Positions 33,696 through 45,954 of a stretch of DNA of 64,000 nt are shown piece by piece. This DNA is from Psammoneis japonica. Lineage: Eukaryota. The stretch spans positions 62,001 through 126,000 of the forward strand of contig QPGO01000116.1 of NCBI GenBank assembly GCA_008632985.1, read 5' to 3'. The notes under the pieces are model-generated. The model searched no databases. It saw nothing but the letters and a program-made list of their open reading frames with translations, and was not told where the DNA came from. A program made the position numbers and the translations under genes. Numbering within the stretch: the first letter of the stretch is position 1; each line of letters starts with the position of its first letter.

Positions 33696-36584
33696 ATGGG
33701 CAGCAAAACAAAGCTTCGGCGTCGGAGGGGAGCGCGCAAGGATGAAGTTGTGAGAGAGAAGGGTGATCTTGTCAATGGTGATGCATCAACAGCAGATGCG
33801 CTAAAATACCGGCCGCACAAGTCTCTCTTGATTGTCTTGACGGAAGAAACTCCAAGCTGGTACGACTGCGGGAGGCATACACCTGGTCGCGACGATACAA
33901 TTTTTTCAGACCCACCTTCTTCTGGAGAGAACTCATCAAAGCTTGCAGAGAGATACAGGACTGAGGCTGATGAAATTTATCAAACAGAAGTTCAGCTTTT
34001 TTCTGCCAACAACGGAGCTGATCAGAAATGGATTGAAACGACAATGAAACGCGGTACTTTGAAAGATCGTATTGCTTCCATGAGTGTGGTGGTCAATACC
34101 AACCCTTTTCATAAGCTGTATGCCCTTGACAGTCTCTTACAATTGGCGGGATGTAGTGCCGAGGGTAGTGTTCAAACCAACTCGAGAGTATCTCAAATGG
34201 CCGCAGAAGCTTTGGCCGACTTGTTTGAGAATACGCTCCTTCCGTCGCATCGAAAGCTCTATACGCTAGAACAACGTCCGTTGTACCGCTATTTGTCCAA
34301 GAACTCAAATAAAACGTTGTCACCCCGTGTCTTGCTACTGTGGCGATTTGAAGAATTAATCAAGACACGGTATCAGCTCTTTGTTCAACATTACTTGTCC
34401 GAAAGTCTGCTTCGGGAGGGGATGGAGCTTGTCAAGGTTTTTGCACTTCGTACCTGTGGATCTCTTTTGCGTTCTGTACCCGAAGGTGAGGAGCAGCTAC
34501 TGTCTATCATGGTGAACAAACTAGGTGACCCGTCGAAGAAAGTAGCGGCTTGTGCTGGTCATGAATTACGTCGTGTCTTGGACCAGCACGAAAACATGCA
34601 ACTGGTTATTGCACGAGAGGTATGCCTGTTATAGACTTTGCGTCGTCATGTCACATTGTGAGTAATCTTATTGTTCTGTTCCTCTGTTCCTTGATGCTAT
34701 CTGCGCAGGTCCAGCAACTATCGCATCGTCCGCACTTGTCACCTCGCGCCCTGTACAATTGTATCATTTTTCTAAATCAGCTGAAGCTCGTTCGAGAGGA
34801 CGAGCATGCCGATACAGAGAACACAGCAAAAGAGAAATCGAAAACGAAGGTTTCAAAGACAGCAAACCTGCCTGCATCACTTATCAACACATACTTTCGT
34901 CTTTTTGAGGTTGCTGTCAATCAAGCCAACAAGAGCAAGTCGACATCGGGAATGAAGAGCCGATTGCTCTCGGCACTCCTCACCGGAGTAAATCGCGCGC
35001 ATCCGTATCTTCCAGACAAGGATAAACACATGGAAGAGCACATTGATGCGTTGTATCGAATTGTCCATACGGCTCCTCCGTCTGCTTGTACCCAAGCATT
35101 GATGCTCTTGTTTCATTTAGCTGTTGGATCAGAAGGCGAAATTGAAAACGAAGCTTCTCATGAACAAACTTCGCGAAAGGACAGATTCTATCGTGCTCTT
35201 TACGCTTCCCTGGCTCAAAGATCCCTGTTGTCGTCTGGGAAGCACTTGACATTGTTTTTCAATCTCCTGTACAAGTCATTCAAGTATGATACTGACTCAC
35301 TTCGTGTCGTTGCCATGTCCAAACGACTCTTGTGCACAACGATAACCTGTACTGCTCCCGTTGTGGCTGCGAGTTTGTTCCTCCTGAACGAGGTGTTGAA
35401 GTTCCACCCGGCACTCAGAAGTAGCTTGGAAGACGTTGCACGGGGCTCGAATGCTACAGCAGTGTTGGATCCGACCAAGAGAGAACCAAGGGCAGCTCTC
35501 GTATCTGAAGATTCCGGGGATGACTCGAACGATCAACCCTCTGCCCCCCTTTGGGAGGTTTCTTTGACTTCTCATCACTTTCACCCTTCGGTGGCCAAGT
35601 TTGCTTCAACGCTTGGGGACATTTCATACACTGGCGATCCACTCAGGGACTTGGGTCTTGCACCATTCCTTGACAAATTTGCCTATAGGAATCCCAAGTC
35701 TCCAAAGAGTATTGCTCAGCACTGGAAACGTGGCGAAAGTGTAGCGGAACGTCGGAGCGGAACAAGTGGTGAAATTGAAGCTCTAATGTCCTTACCCGTC
35801 AATGACCCCGCGTTTATTGCTCGAGAAGACCACAACGAGCAAGAGGAATTCTTCCAGAAATTCTTTGTAGAGCGTGCACGACGGGACGAAATCAAAGGCA
35901 TTGTTCGTGGCAAAGGGGCACTTGGCGAGCTTGACAGTGATAATGAAAACGAGGAAGAGCAAAGAGCGTTTGACGAGGCGGAAGCCCAAGAGCTAGATCA
36001 CAACGTAAGTTTTGAAGACGAGACGTGGAGAAGGGTAGTAATTGCAGATTGTCTCATGTTAAGCTTTTCTGCCTCGTCAATGTTGTCCTTACTTCATTCT
36101 GCAGTTCGATGACGAAATCGAAACGGATTCGGAAGAAGAAGCGTTTGTTCATTCTCTTGCAGAGAAGTTGATGGAGAGCTCTGGACACGGCAAAGCGAAC
36201 TATGACGACGAAGATCCGGATATGGAAGGGTGGGGTGATCTGGATTACGACGTCAATGAAAAGGATACTGACATTGTGGCTGATAGCGACGAGTCGGGGA
36301 ACAGAGACGATGAGGACGATGTAGATGACGAGGAATCCACTACTGGGGATCTGGCACTCGTAGCTGGGTCGGAAACCTCTGACGAAGAAGTAGCTGGTAA
36401 TACAGATATGATCAAGTCGGAAGATGGTTCTGGAGGATTTGTCGATGCCTCTGAATATGAAGCTATTATTGAGAAGTCGTGGAAGGAACGAAAGCGACCG
36501 GCGGTGTATAGCGGTGATATGGGAGACGAAATCGACAAAGAGAGAAAGGAGGGGAGCAAGAGGACAAAGCGAGGCGAGAGGTAG
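33696..36584 (+). CDS. NOC1: CBF/Mak21/NOC1 (CEBPZ) ribosome biogenesis protein
   Basis: GTLKDRIA, PEGEEQLLSIMVNKLGDP, LLTGVNRAHPY, DRFYRALY, HFHPSVAKFA, FLDKFAYRNPK; introns 34620-34708 and 36005-36104. Confidence 0.93.
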
Positions 36585-36712
36585 AGCGTAACGAATACAA
36601 CTAAGTGATAAAGCATCGATGATCCAAATTTCACTGAATCTTTATTGTGCACACGTAGTCGTGAAAAGTTTTTTTTTTTAAAAGAGGTGTTCAAAGATAC
36701 GGAGAAGCCGTG

Positions 36713-39700
36713 TTACAACCCGAGCCTTCCCCTCTTTTTTGGCATAAACTTGGGGGTAGCATTTGCTTGACGCCCTGGTGTAGCAACAACACTCCGGCTT
36801 CCCAACCTTTCTTTCTTTAGTGCATTTATGCGTTCACGTTCCCTTCGTTCTATCTCTTCTTCTTCTCGCCTATCCGCCATCTCCTTTTCCATCACTGCAG
36901 CATTAAGAGCTTGCTGTTTCCTTCGTTTCAGGGTGCTCTCAAACGATTCCTTAACCGAGAAGAACATTGGTCCTAGCTCAGCAAGCCATTCGCCTTCAAC
37001 TGCCGTGACACAAGACATATATTCCTTCGACGTGCTGATGAGTTCATGATAGCACACATAATCTGGCGTGTATCCAAGACCAAAGAGTGCGCTCGACGGG
37101 TGAAGAGCTGAAGGTATACCGGAAAGCATGTTGATGTACTCTCCGATTCCCTTTATCTTCGAGCTGTTGTAGAAGTAGGCAGAACAAATAGATTTCCGGA
37201 CGATGTCCCATGACCCACCAGAACTCTTCGGCTGCAATTTCTGTTGCTTCATTAAATCAACCAACTGCGCATGCACCTCACGGGCTTTGCGTATTCCTTT
37301 CGCATGAATAAAATGCCTTGAGCACCACTCACTATCAAATCTGTATTGCTTTGCTCGGAGATACACATTCAACAGTGTCAAATGATCACTTTCAGGGACA
37401 AAGAACTTCTCCCTCGCCGCGTCGCTTTCTTCCTCGCGATCCTTTGGACGAAAGAACACACTTGGGACGCTCAACATACTAACAATAATTAACACTTCCT
37501 CTGAGCACCCCCCTGATTCATGGGAGAAAAGCAGCATCTTACTGAGCGGTGGATCCAGCGGAAAATCTACCATTCGTCGTCCCATTGGCGTCAGTTCACC
37601 GGTATTGTCCAACGCGCCAAGGATCCAGAGCTGGTAGAGGGAGTTCATGATGTTTTCTTGAGGGGGCTATGGAGAGAGTGAAAGAAAAGCACTAACAGTT
37701 AGATCGTCCGTGTAGAAAACTCGTGATGCAAGGCCCGGAGAAGCAACTTACTGGATCCATGAAATCGAATTCAAGAAGGTTCCGCACTCCGAGAGACTTC
37801 AGTAGCAGAACCTGATAAAAATTAGCGAATGTGTTAGAATCGTTTGCCTCCGTCACGCAAGGCATTTTGTCCTTTTCATCATTCACTTACCACATTGCCA
37901 AGGTTTGTCCGTTGAATTTCAGGCACGGAGCTCTCCATCAGTTCCTCGCGAAATTGGCGGTCGGTGTAAAGCCTAAAGCAAAAGCCCGGACCAGTTCGCC
38001 CAGCTCGACCACTTCTCTGGTTCGCACTTGCTTTGCTGACAGGAGTAACAAGTAGTGCGTCCATTCCAATTTTCGGATTGTATACCTTGAGCTTGCAAAA
38101 GCCAGAGTCAATGCAGTATCTAATTCCATCGACTGTCAGACTCGTTTCGGCAACATTGGTTGATACAATGCACTTTCGAACGCCTTCTGGCGCAGCCTCG
38201 AAAATTTTGGCTTGAAGGTCTGCCGGAAGTTGCGAGTACATGGGCAACACAAGCAAAGGCGGCAGATCTTCGCCAAGACTCTCCATCTTTTCAGCAAGTT
38301 CCTTGCAGGTTCCTTCGATATCTTCCTGGCCCGTCATGAAAATAAGTATGTCGCCTTTAGGAGAATTTAAATGAATCTGCAATGCCTGCATCACCGCAGC
38401 CTTTACATAGTCTTCTTGAACCGCTTTGGAATAGTAGGTTTCGACCTTAAAGGTTCTAAAGACAAAAAAGATAAAGCGTGTCAAATGCAAGCACGGACAA
38501 GCAGCAGGGGAACGACACGAGCAGAAACAACTCACCTTCCAGGGATGCGAAAAACTGCGCTTCCACCAAAAAACTCACTGAAGACATCCGCACTCAGAGT
38601 CGCACTTGTCACGATGAGTTTCAAGTCTGAGCGCCGGGCGACCACTTTCCGAAGGACCCCAAACAAAACATCAGTATTTAGGCTGCGCTCATGTGCTTCG
38701 TCCATGACCAATGCGCTGTACTTGTTCAAATCTGGATCCGTAAGAGACTCACGAAGAAGCACACCATCGGTCATGTATTTCACAACGGTATGCTTACTAG
38801 TCTGGTCCTCAAATCGAATGGCGTAACCAACCGTGCCACCAAGTTCCTCCTTTTCTGTCAAGGGCAGCCCGGCCTCCTTTACACCGGCAGCAATTTCCTC
38901 GCTCACTCTCTTTGCCACGCTCATAGCTGATTTTTGAGAATCCAATCAACACGGGTATCAGAATGACGAACGAGAACTAACCAAACAAACGTTGCTCGAT
39001 CTCTTTCGTACCTGCTACTCTTCTAGGTTGCGTACATCCCACAATCCCGAAATCACAATACCCTTCCTCTTTCAAGTACTGTGTCAACTGCGTTGTCTTC
39101 CCAGAACTTTGTCATAAGAATACGGGAGCACAAGAAGTTAGAATAATGTTTAAAGACGCGAAAACGGAATAGTGCTAATCACACAACTCACCCTGTTTCT
39201 CTGTTGCCGAGAGTGGAGAACAAGCAAGTGAAACATAAGATAAAGAAAAACAAACGATAACCCAAGGTTTGACAACATCCAGGGTACGCACCCAACAATG
39301 ACAACAACTTGGTTTTCACGAATGACATTTAGCAATTCATCACGGACAGAGAAAATCGGAAGGTATTCACGTTGTTGACGAATCGACTTTGTCTTTGCAA
39401 ACTCTGAAACAGGGCCATCTCCATCCTTCTTCTTCACATGCGACGCAAACCCAGTGGACTTCTTGTAATCAATTTCCTTAGAGAGAAAAAGCAAAAGAGA
39501 AACAATTGAGCGCCTGAAGGACGAACGACGCGACCGCGAACCCTTCAAATGGCAACGTACCCCGTCGGCTGTTACACTATCGGTCTTCTCTCCTTTACCA
39601 TCGGCCTCTACTTTCTTTTCCACTCCCATGGCATTTCCCATCTTAGTTCCACCCAGTTCCCAGAATTTTTGCCTCATGGCGTGTTTATCCTGTGCAAGGG

Positions 39701-41022
39701 GGGCATACATGTCAGAACGAGTCGATCAAACAAGCAACTATACAGAGCTAACTAGAGCAAAGGTTTCGTACCTTGTTTTCCCGAATCCGTCGGAGCGTGT
39801 CGGAGCCTTGTCTTGCCATTTTCGCAAAATCCGAAGACGCGTCTCTCACAGTCGGGACTGCCTCTCGAATGGTGGAAAAGGACGCTCGTCCGTCCAGAAA
39901 AGGCGGTTTGACTTGATGAACCAGCAATGTGACACGCGTATCATCATCGGTACGTACATCCAGGGACACCTCACCCTTTACAGCGGCACCCGAGCTAAGC
40001 AATCGGCTCTCCTCCCACGCGTCTTGGTCATCTTGCATGGCGCTTTTCCGGGCCGAGAATCGGCCAGACATGGGTGCTTCCTTTCGTTTCTTTTCCAGTT
40101 CTGCTTCTCGCGCTTGAATTTTGTCATTGGTAAAGAGAAAACGTCCCAAATCTCCGTTTCCTTCCATTTCAGATTGATCCACCACGTAGCCTCCATCTTC
40201 TTCTGCCAAGTAAAAGTTGCGTTCAAATTCAGAATCATCACTTTCATTGCCGTCACTCCTATGAGGTACATCTCCAGAAGTACGCGACAAGCGCGAGTCT
40301 TCATCATCCTGCAGTCGAGACGACAGCGGTGTTTCGTCATCCCACGATGATCTGCTAGAAGACTGCCGCCCGACCCCACGGCTGTCTTGTTCTCGCCGTG
40401 GAGTAGGAGCGTCTAGAGTGTCGCGACTGCGAGATGAGGGAGGCCTGGAGCGATTTGAAGCTTGGGTAGAGGGTGTCACTTGTGGTGGTGGAGGCATGTC
40501 GGATCGGCCGCGATACCCACTGCCCCCTCTAGAACCATCATCTCTACGTCTATCCGACCAATCACGATCAAATTTACGGTAGTTTGCGCCGCGATCATCC
40601 CTGCTTCTGCCTCCTCGGCTACTGTACGACTCATCCCTATTTCTGCCATCACGACCGCCTCCTCTGCTATCGTTTCTTCGTGAATAATCATTGTTTCGCC
40701 GATTGTCATGGTATGGATGATGTTGCCGTTGCCTTCGTTCCCGATCCCTCACTCGTTGCTGCGTGTCTCGATTTACACCACCTGAATGGCTCGGTGTTTC
40801 GTCCTGACGTCTGCGGTATTGACGCTTTTGTGGAACCTGCGTTTTTCGTTTTTCTGCTGCCAAACGATCCAGACCAAGCGCACTACTGCCTCTGGTCGAA
40901 GACGACGAAGATTTGCTAGACGACTTGACAAGTCCGCCTCCTGTCGAAGGCAGTAGCGACGTTAGTCGTGAAGTACTATCATTCTTCGAAGTTTCCTTGC
41001 CGCCACTTGATTCATCTGCCAT
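36713..41022 (-). CDS. PRP16: DEAH-box splicing helicase PRP16/DHX38 (multi-exon)
   Basis: [22 protein letters not shown] (split over exons), [52 protein letters not shown]. Confidence 0.96.
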
Positions 41023-41510
41023 GGTGGTACGTTTATCTAGGTACAAGTTGAAAGTGGATATTAACCGGCTGTTTTGAGAGTATACGCCGGGTATGATGCG
41101 ACTGCTCTAAGGCACTCCTACTTCTGATCGTCGTCTCGGCAATGGGAAAAATGACTTTCTTGTTTTTCGGTCAGATCGTTCGAGATCGTTTGGATCCTTT
41201 TATTACGGGTGCGGGTGTGGGTGAAAGGTTGGGGATAATCGATTGGCAGGGCGAAGGAAGGTTGCTTCCCTCGAAAACTCACTCTCTCGTCTCATCAACG
41301 TGCAGCACAACGTTGATGAAGAAAAGGAATGAGCTTGCTGCGGCTCGGACGGTGCTCGTAGACTCGCGTACTGCTTCTACGATGCGCTGGCATTGTAGAA
41401 GCAGATCGCGAAAACAACCCCCCCACTCGCGCAGGCAGGGGGGAGGCACAGACCACTGTCTCTCATTGGTCTATCTCCGATCTGCGCCGAATTACTGGTG
41501 TTTCGTCGTA

Positions 41511-42062
41511 GAACGAAAAGTTCACGTAGGATTATGTACTACGGCTACGCAAAAAAGATTCAATGTCCGTGAAATTTGTTCAATGTTGAGCCGCTCGTGT
41601 TAATTCCCCGTAGGACGAAAAATTCACGTAGGATTATGTACTAGAGCTACGTGAAAAAGATTCAATGTCTCTCAAATATCCTCAATGTTCGTCGAACGAA
41701 AAGTTCACGTAGATTATGTACTACCGCTACGCAAAAAAGATTCAATTTCCGTCAAATTTGTTCAATGTTGAGCCGCTCGTGTCAATTCCCCGTAGGACGA
41801 AAAATGCACGTAGGATTGTGTACTAGAGCTACGTGAAAAAGATTCAATGTCTCTCAAATATCTTCTCAATGTTCGTCGAACGAAAAGTTCACGTAGATTA
41901 TGTACTACCGCTACGCAAAAAAGATTCAATTTCCGTGAAATTTGTCGATGTTGAGCCGCTCGTGTTGAAGTGCCCCGTAGGACGAAAAATTCACGTAGGA
42001 TTATCTACTAGAGCTACGTGAAAAAGATTCAATGTCTCTCAAATATTCTCAATGTTCGTAGA
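41511..42062. repeat. Tandem repeat, 3 x ~183-184 bp, each a dimer of related ~100 and ~83 bp subunits
   Basis: gaacgaaaagttcacgtag at 41511, 41694, 41878; both subunits share cgaaaa..tcacgtag(g)attatgtacta..gctacg..aaaaagattcaat. Confidence 0.93.
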
Positions 42063-43849
42063 ACATTCTCTTGGGCTTTTCTTGGAATCGTCAACCAGCA
42101 AACCAGGGCTTGGTGATGTCTGTGGTTCAAGTGTCTCACAAAATGTCTCATCAGAACCATCCACGCACCTCTCCAGTCAACTTGATTGTGGTGCTTGCAG
42201 CCCACAAATGGCCTGACACAACAGGTGGAGAGAGCGCACAATGCTGCATCATGATTCCTCATCATCAGCAACACACAATGTTCTGTCTTGCACAGAGTTG
42301 TTGTCTTTTTGTGCTTTTGCTGTCGCCAAACAATTCTTGACAAACTGGCGACACGAAGATGTGAGGATGCATGATGTTTTTGTCCACTGTCCCTGACAGG
42401 CCAGCTGACTGCATTGACTGTGCAGCATCCACTTTTCTCTCTTTTTCTTCAGATCTTCGTCATTGTTGAAACTGACTCTCATGGCAACATCTGGAAGTTA
42501 AAGACCCCCGCAGCAGTCCATTTTGCTCTCGCGTTCTTCTTGTTGTCTGAAATTGCCCGGCGAGAGTTGGATCTTGTTTTCCTCATCCATCACCACAAGC
42601 CAAGTGATGCCATCCACTGAAGTGCCAATCATCTGAGCACAAAGAGGAGGAGACTTCTTTTTGCCCAAAGTGGAGACCATGTCTCCTCTTTTTGCTTTCT
42701 TTTGGAACTCAGCTGCTTCTTGGCAGCCTTGTTGGAAGCTCGCTTGTTGTTCCACAGTGCTGGCAAAGAAAGACCAAGTGCCCAGCTTTGTGCAGCAGCA
42801 CAACAGCTGCTCACACAAGCTTTGCCAGAGGGGAGGACATTTGAAAAACTGGTTGTCAACAACTTTGACTGCAGAGACAACTGGGTCAATGTGGCTCAGT
42901 CTTCACAGAGTCACAACAAGAAAGGGGCCTCACATTAGGAAGAAGCTTGATGACAGGAAATGAGTGGCATGTCATTGGCATTGAATGAGTTTCTGGGTTG
43001 CTGCAAGAGGGCTCCAAGGTGGCTCTCAGGTTCCTGCTGCAAATGACTGTGGCTGCAAGACATTGCAGTTGAAAACTGTCATCATTGGACATTGATTTTT
43101 AACAACATGGCATCAATCTGGGCTTGCATCATGTGATTGCCCTTGTCAGGTGAGGAGACAAGGAGGTTGGGTTGTTTGCACATGATCCCCAGTTTGAAAG
43201 TGAGCCATGCATGCAAAAAGCACAAAATGAAAAATCCATGTCATCATCTCAATGGAAAAGAAGTGCCACGTCAGATTCGCGCAGATGATGTGGGTGAATG
43301 ATTGAAAGACAAAAGCAACTGGTGCACTCAAGTGTTCAAAATTGATCACCTCAAAATGAAAAAGTGGCCAATCTTTAAGCCAGGAGTCAATGACACCCCA
43401 GCCCAAAAATGATCAGGGCAATTTGAAATTTGCAATCTTTTGCGGCTTCATGCTGATGAATTTGTTGTGTTCAGCCCCACTGCCATCAAAAGTCATTGGA
43501 TGCTGTTTCGGGCACAAACACCACTTGTGAATTTGATCATTTTGAAAGTGGTCAGCCCCAAACCCCAACTCTGTCTCACCCATCTGTCTGTGGTCTGTGC
43601 ATGAGGGCAGGGGGGAGACACTGACAGATTCTCAAAGTGAGTTGTTCCCACCTCACATTGGTTCTTGCAACCACTGGGGCCCCAGAGATTGGTGCCCAAT
43701 GCCAGTCGTGCCCTGCACATCATGTTCCAGTGTCATTTTTGGCTCTCTTGATTGTTGGCTGGCTGTGCCCAATGCCAGCTGTGCCCTGCACATGCTTCAA
43801 TGCCATTTTTGGCTCTTTGGTGCAAGCTTGATTGTTGGCTGGCTGGTGC

Positions 43850-44500
43850 AGGGCCAACCTCACAGGTGGCATGACCACAGAGAGGATGCAGCATGGAACT
43901 TCATGTCCGCCACATCCTCTGTTGCCCAAATGACCAAGCCTGGAGACACACCTTCCTTCAGGGTTTTCACAAGTGCTGTGATGAGATTGACGCTGTGCCC
44001 CCCTTGCAAGACTTTCTTCTTTCATCATTGGAGGCATGGTTTCATGACAAAATGTTGTGTGAGTTGGATGTTTGCCCAATGCTCCATCCTTCATGGAGAG
44101 AGCTCAGTTGTCTGGCATTGGATGACATCAAGTTTTTAATGGCCAGCACTCATCCTCATGGAGCACCTTCCAAGAGTTGCATCTCCAACAGTCTCTGGCT
44201 TGCCAGAGCAACACTGCAAGGAAAACCAGGTTCAGACAGGATCATGCATTTGACGTTTGAAGTTTGTGGTGGGAGCTTTGGGAAAAGCACAACAAAGCTG
44301 TCCATGATGTGGATTGAAGGAAATTTTCACAAAGGCACAAAGCCAAAGCTGAAGTCACTGCCATCCACAACAAATGCCAGGAATGTCTTGTCCAGGACCA
44401 AGCCACTCTCATGGATTTGTTTGAAGTGCACACGACACACGGCAGCTTGCAGATTTAGAGTTGGATTGCCGCAATCAAACTGTGCCCAAAAGCCAGTGTC
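43850..44500 (+). mobile_element. Degenerate non-LTR retrotransposon ORF2 C-terminal region (relic may extend left toward ~42100)
   Basis: HILCCP..WRHTFL, GIG*HQVFNGQHSSSWSTFQELHLQ and LWWELWEKHNKAVH resemble the recalled IGW...GR.S..W and W..W..RN..VH motifs of LINE C-termini. Confidence 0.65.
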
Positions 44501-45954
44501 AAACAGGTGAAGCACTCCATGCTTTGCGGCACTCACACCATTGTCAGTTGCTTTGGTGGGGGCATCCCCTTCCACCCATCCCAGCTGGTCCTTGTCCCCT
44601 TCTGCCACACTGATGCAGTGCACTGGAAGTGTGAGTCAGCTGGTGCTGGCATTGCTGGCAAAGGAGTGATGGCACTTTAAAAAATTAGATCTTTTTCATG
44701 GAGCTTGATGTCTGACAGCCGCTGCAGTCTGTGCAACAACCAACCTTTGTCAAGAATTTCTCCAACTGTCCCAACTTGTTTTCCTTGGGATTTCATCTTC
44801 TTTCTTGGGGGGCAACTCTCCTGCATTGTTCAAACCATCTGTCTCCCCCCCACCAGGGGAAGATTTGCTGTGTGTCATGTGGCTCATGACTGAAACTTCC
44901 CTCCAACACTCTCCCCTCATGATGCAAAAACATCATGTGTTCATCACAGCCAACAAAAGCCACTGCATTGTTCTCTTTTGTTTTTGCTTTCACCAAGGAC
45001 TTTTTGCCATCTCCTGTTGTGCCCAGTTGCACACAACTTGTTCTCTTGGTGGTGGCATCATCATTCCTGCATGGATGCAGGGATCTGTCAGGTTGTGAGC
45101 AATGTTTGAACACAGGTGCAAATGGGCCCTCTCTGCCACTGAACACAACAACACAATTTCTTTTTTTCCCATTGTCGACAACACCAGCAGAGAGTGTTTT
45201 CAATGTGAAGTCTCCTGCTGCTCTGTTGAGGACAATGGCGCTTGCATGTTGGACACCTTTTCATGCCATTGCCATTTGTTTTTGCAGCTGTTTGTGTGTG
45301 TTTTTTGGCATCTTTTCTCCATGCATGTCTTGTTTCTCATCAGTCTTGTGCTGTCAGGATTCCAACACCTGTTGCCCTTGCATGGTGCAAAGTCAGCAGC
45401 ATTTTGGCTGCTGACATGCCCACCACCACACAATGCTGCAAAACCATGGCACCTGCCAACAGCACTCAATGACCCAAAATGTCATCCCAATGGTGAGCCA
45501 AACTGTCATCCATTCAGGCCACCTTCTCCCCATTGTCAGCCAATGGTGCACCTGCCCCTGCAACCCCAGTTGGGAATCTCTGTCACAACTTGCTTTCTGT
45601 TGTCTCTGACTCATGCGCGCAATTCTGTTCTTCATTGCCTGCCAATGATGCTCAATTTTGCTCATCCAAAATGGGCCATTTTACTTCAAACAGGTCCAAC
45701 TTGTCCATCATGCTTGGAAATGCAGCTGGTCAGGCTGCCAGCTCATTTTGCTCTCTCTTTTTCTTCACACTCATGCCAGACCCAACTTCAATGTGTTCCA
45801 CCCTCACAAACACCTTGATCTTGTCACAATTCAACAAGTTCACTGCCCTTTTCTCAATTTGCAGAACCACATGATTCAACTTGGGTGATGAAAACAAAAA
45901 TCACCCATCTTGATCACCATGTCCTCCTCCTCCCCCCCCCCCCGGAAGGCAACA

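Noticed and set aside
41511..42062. CRISPR-like array
   Set aside because: No unique spacers, whole units repeat, eukaryotic context and no cas genes
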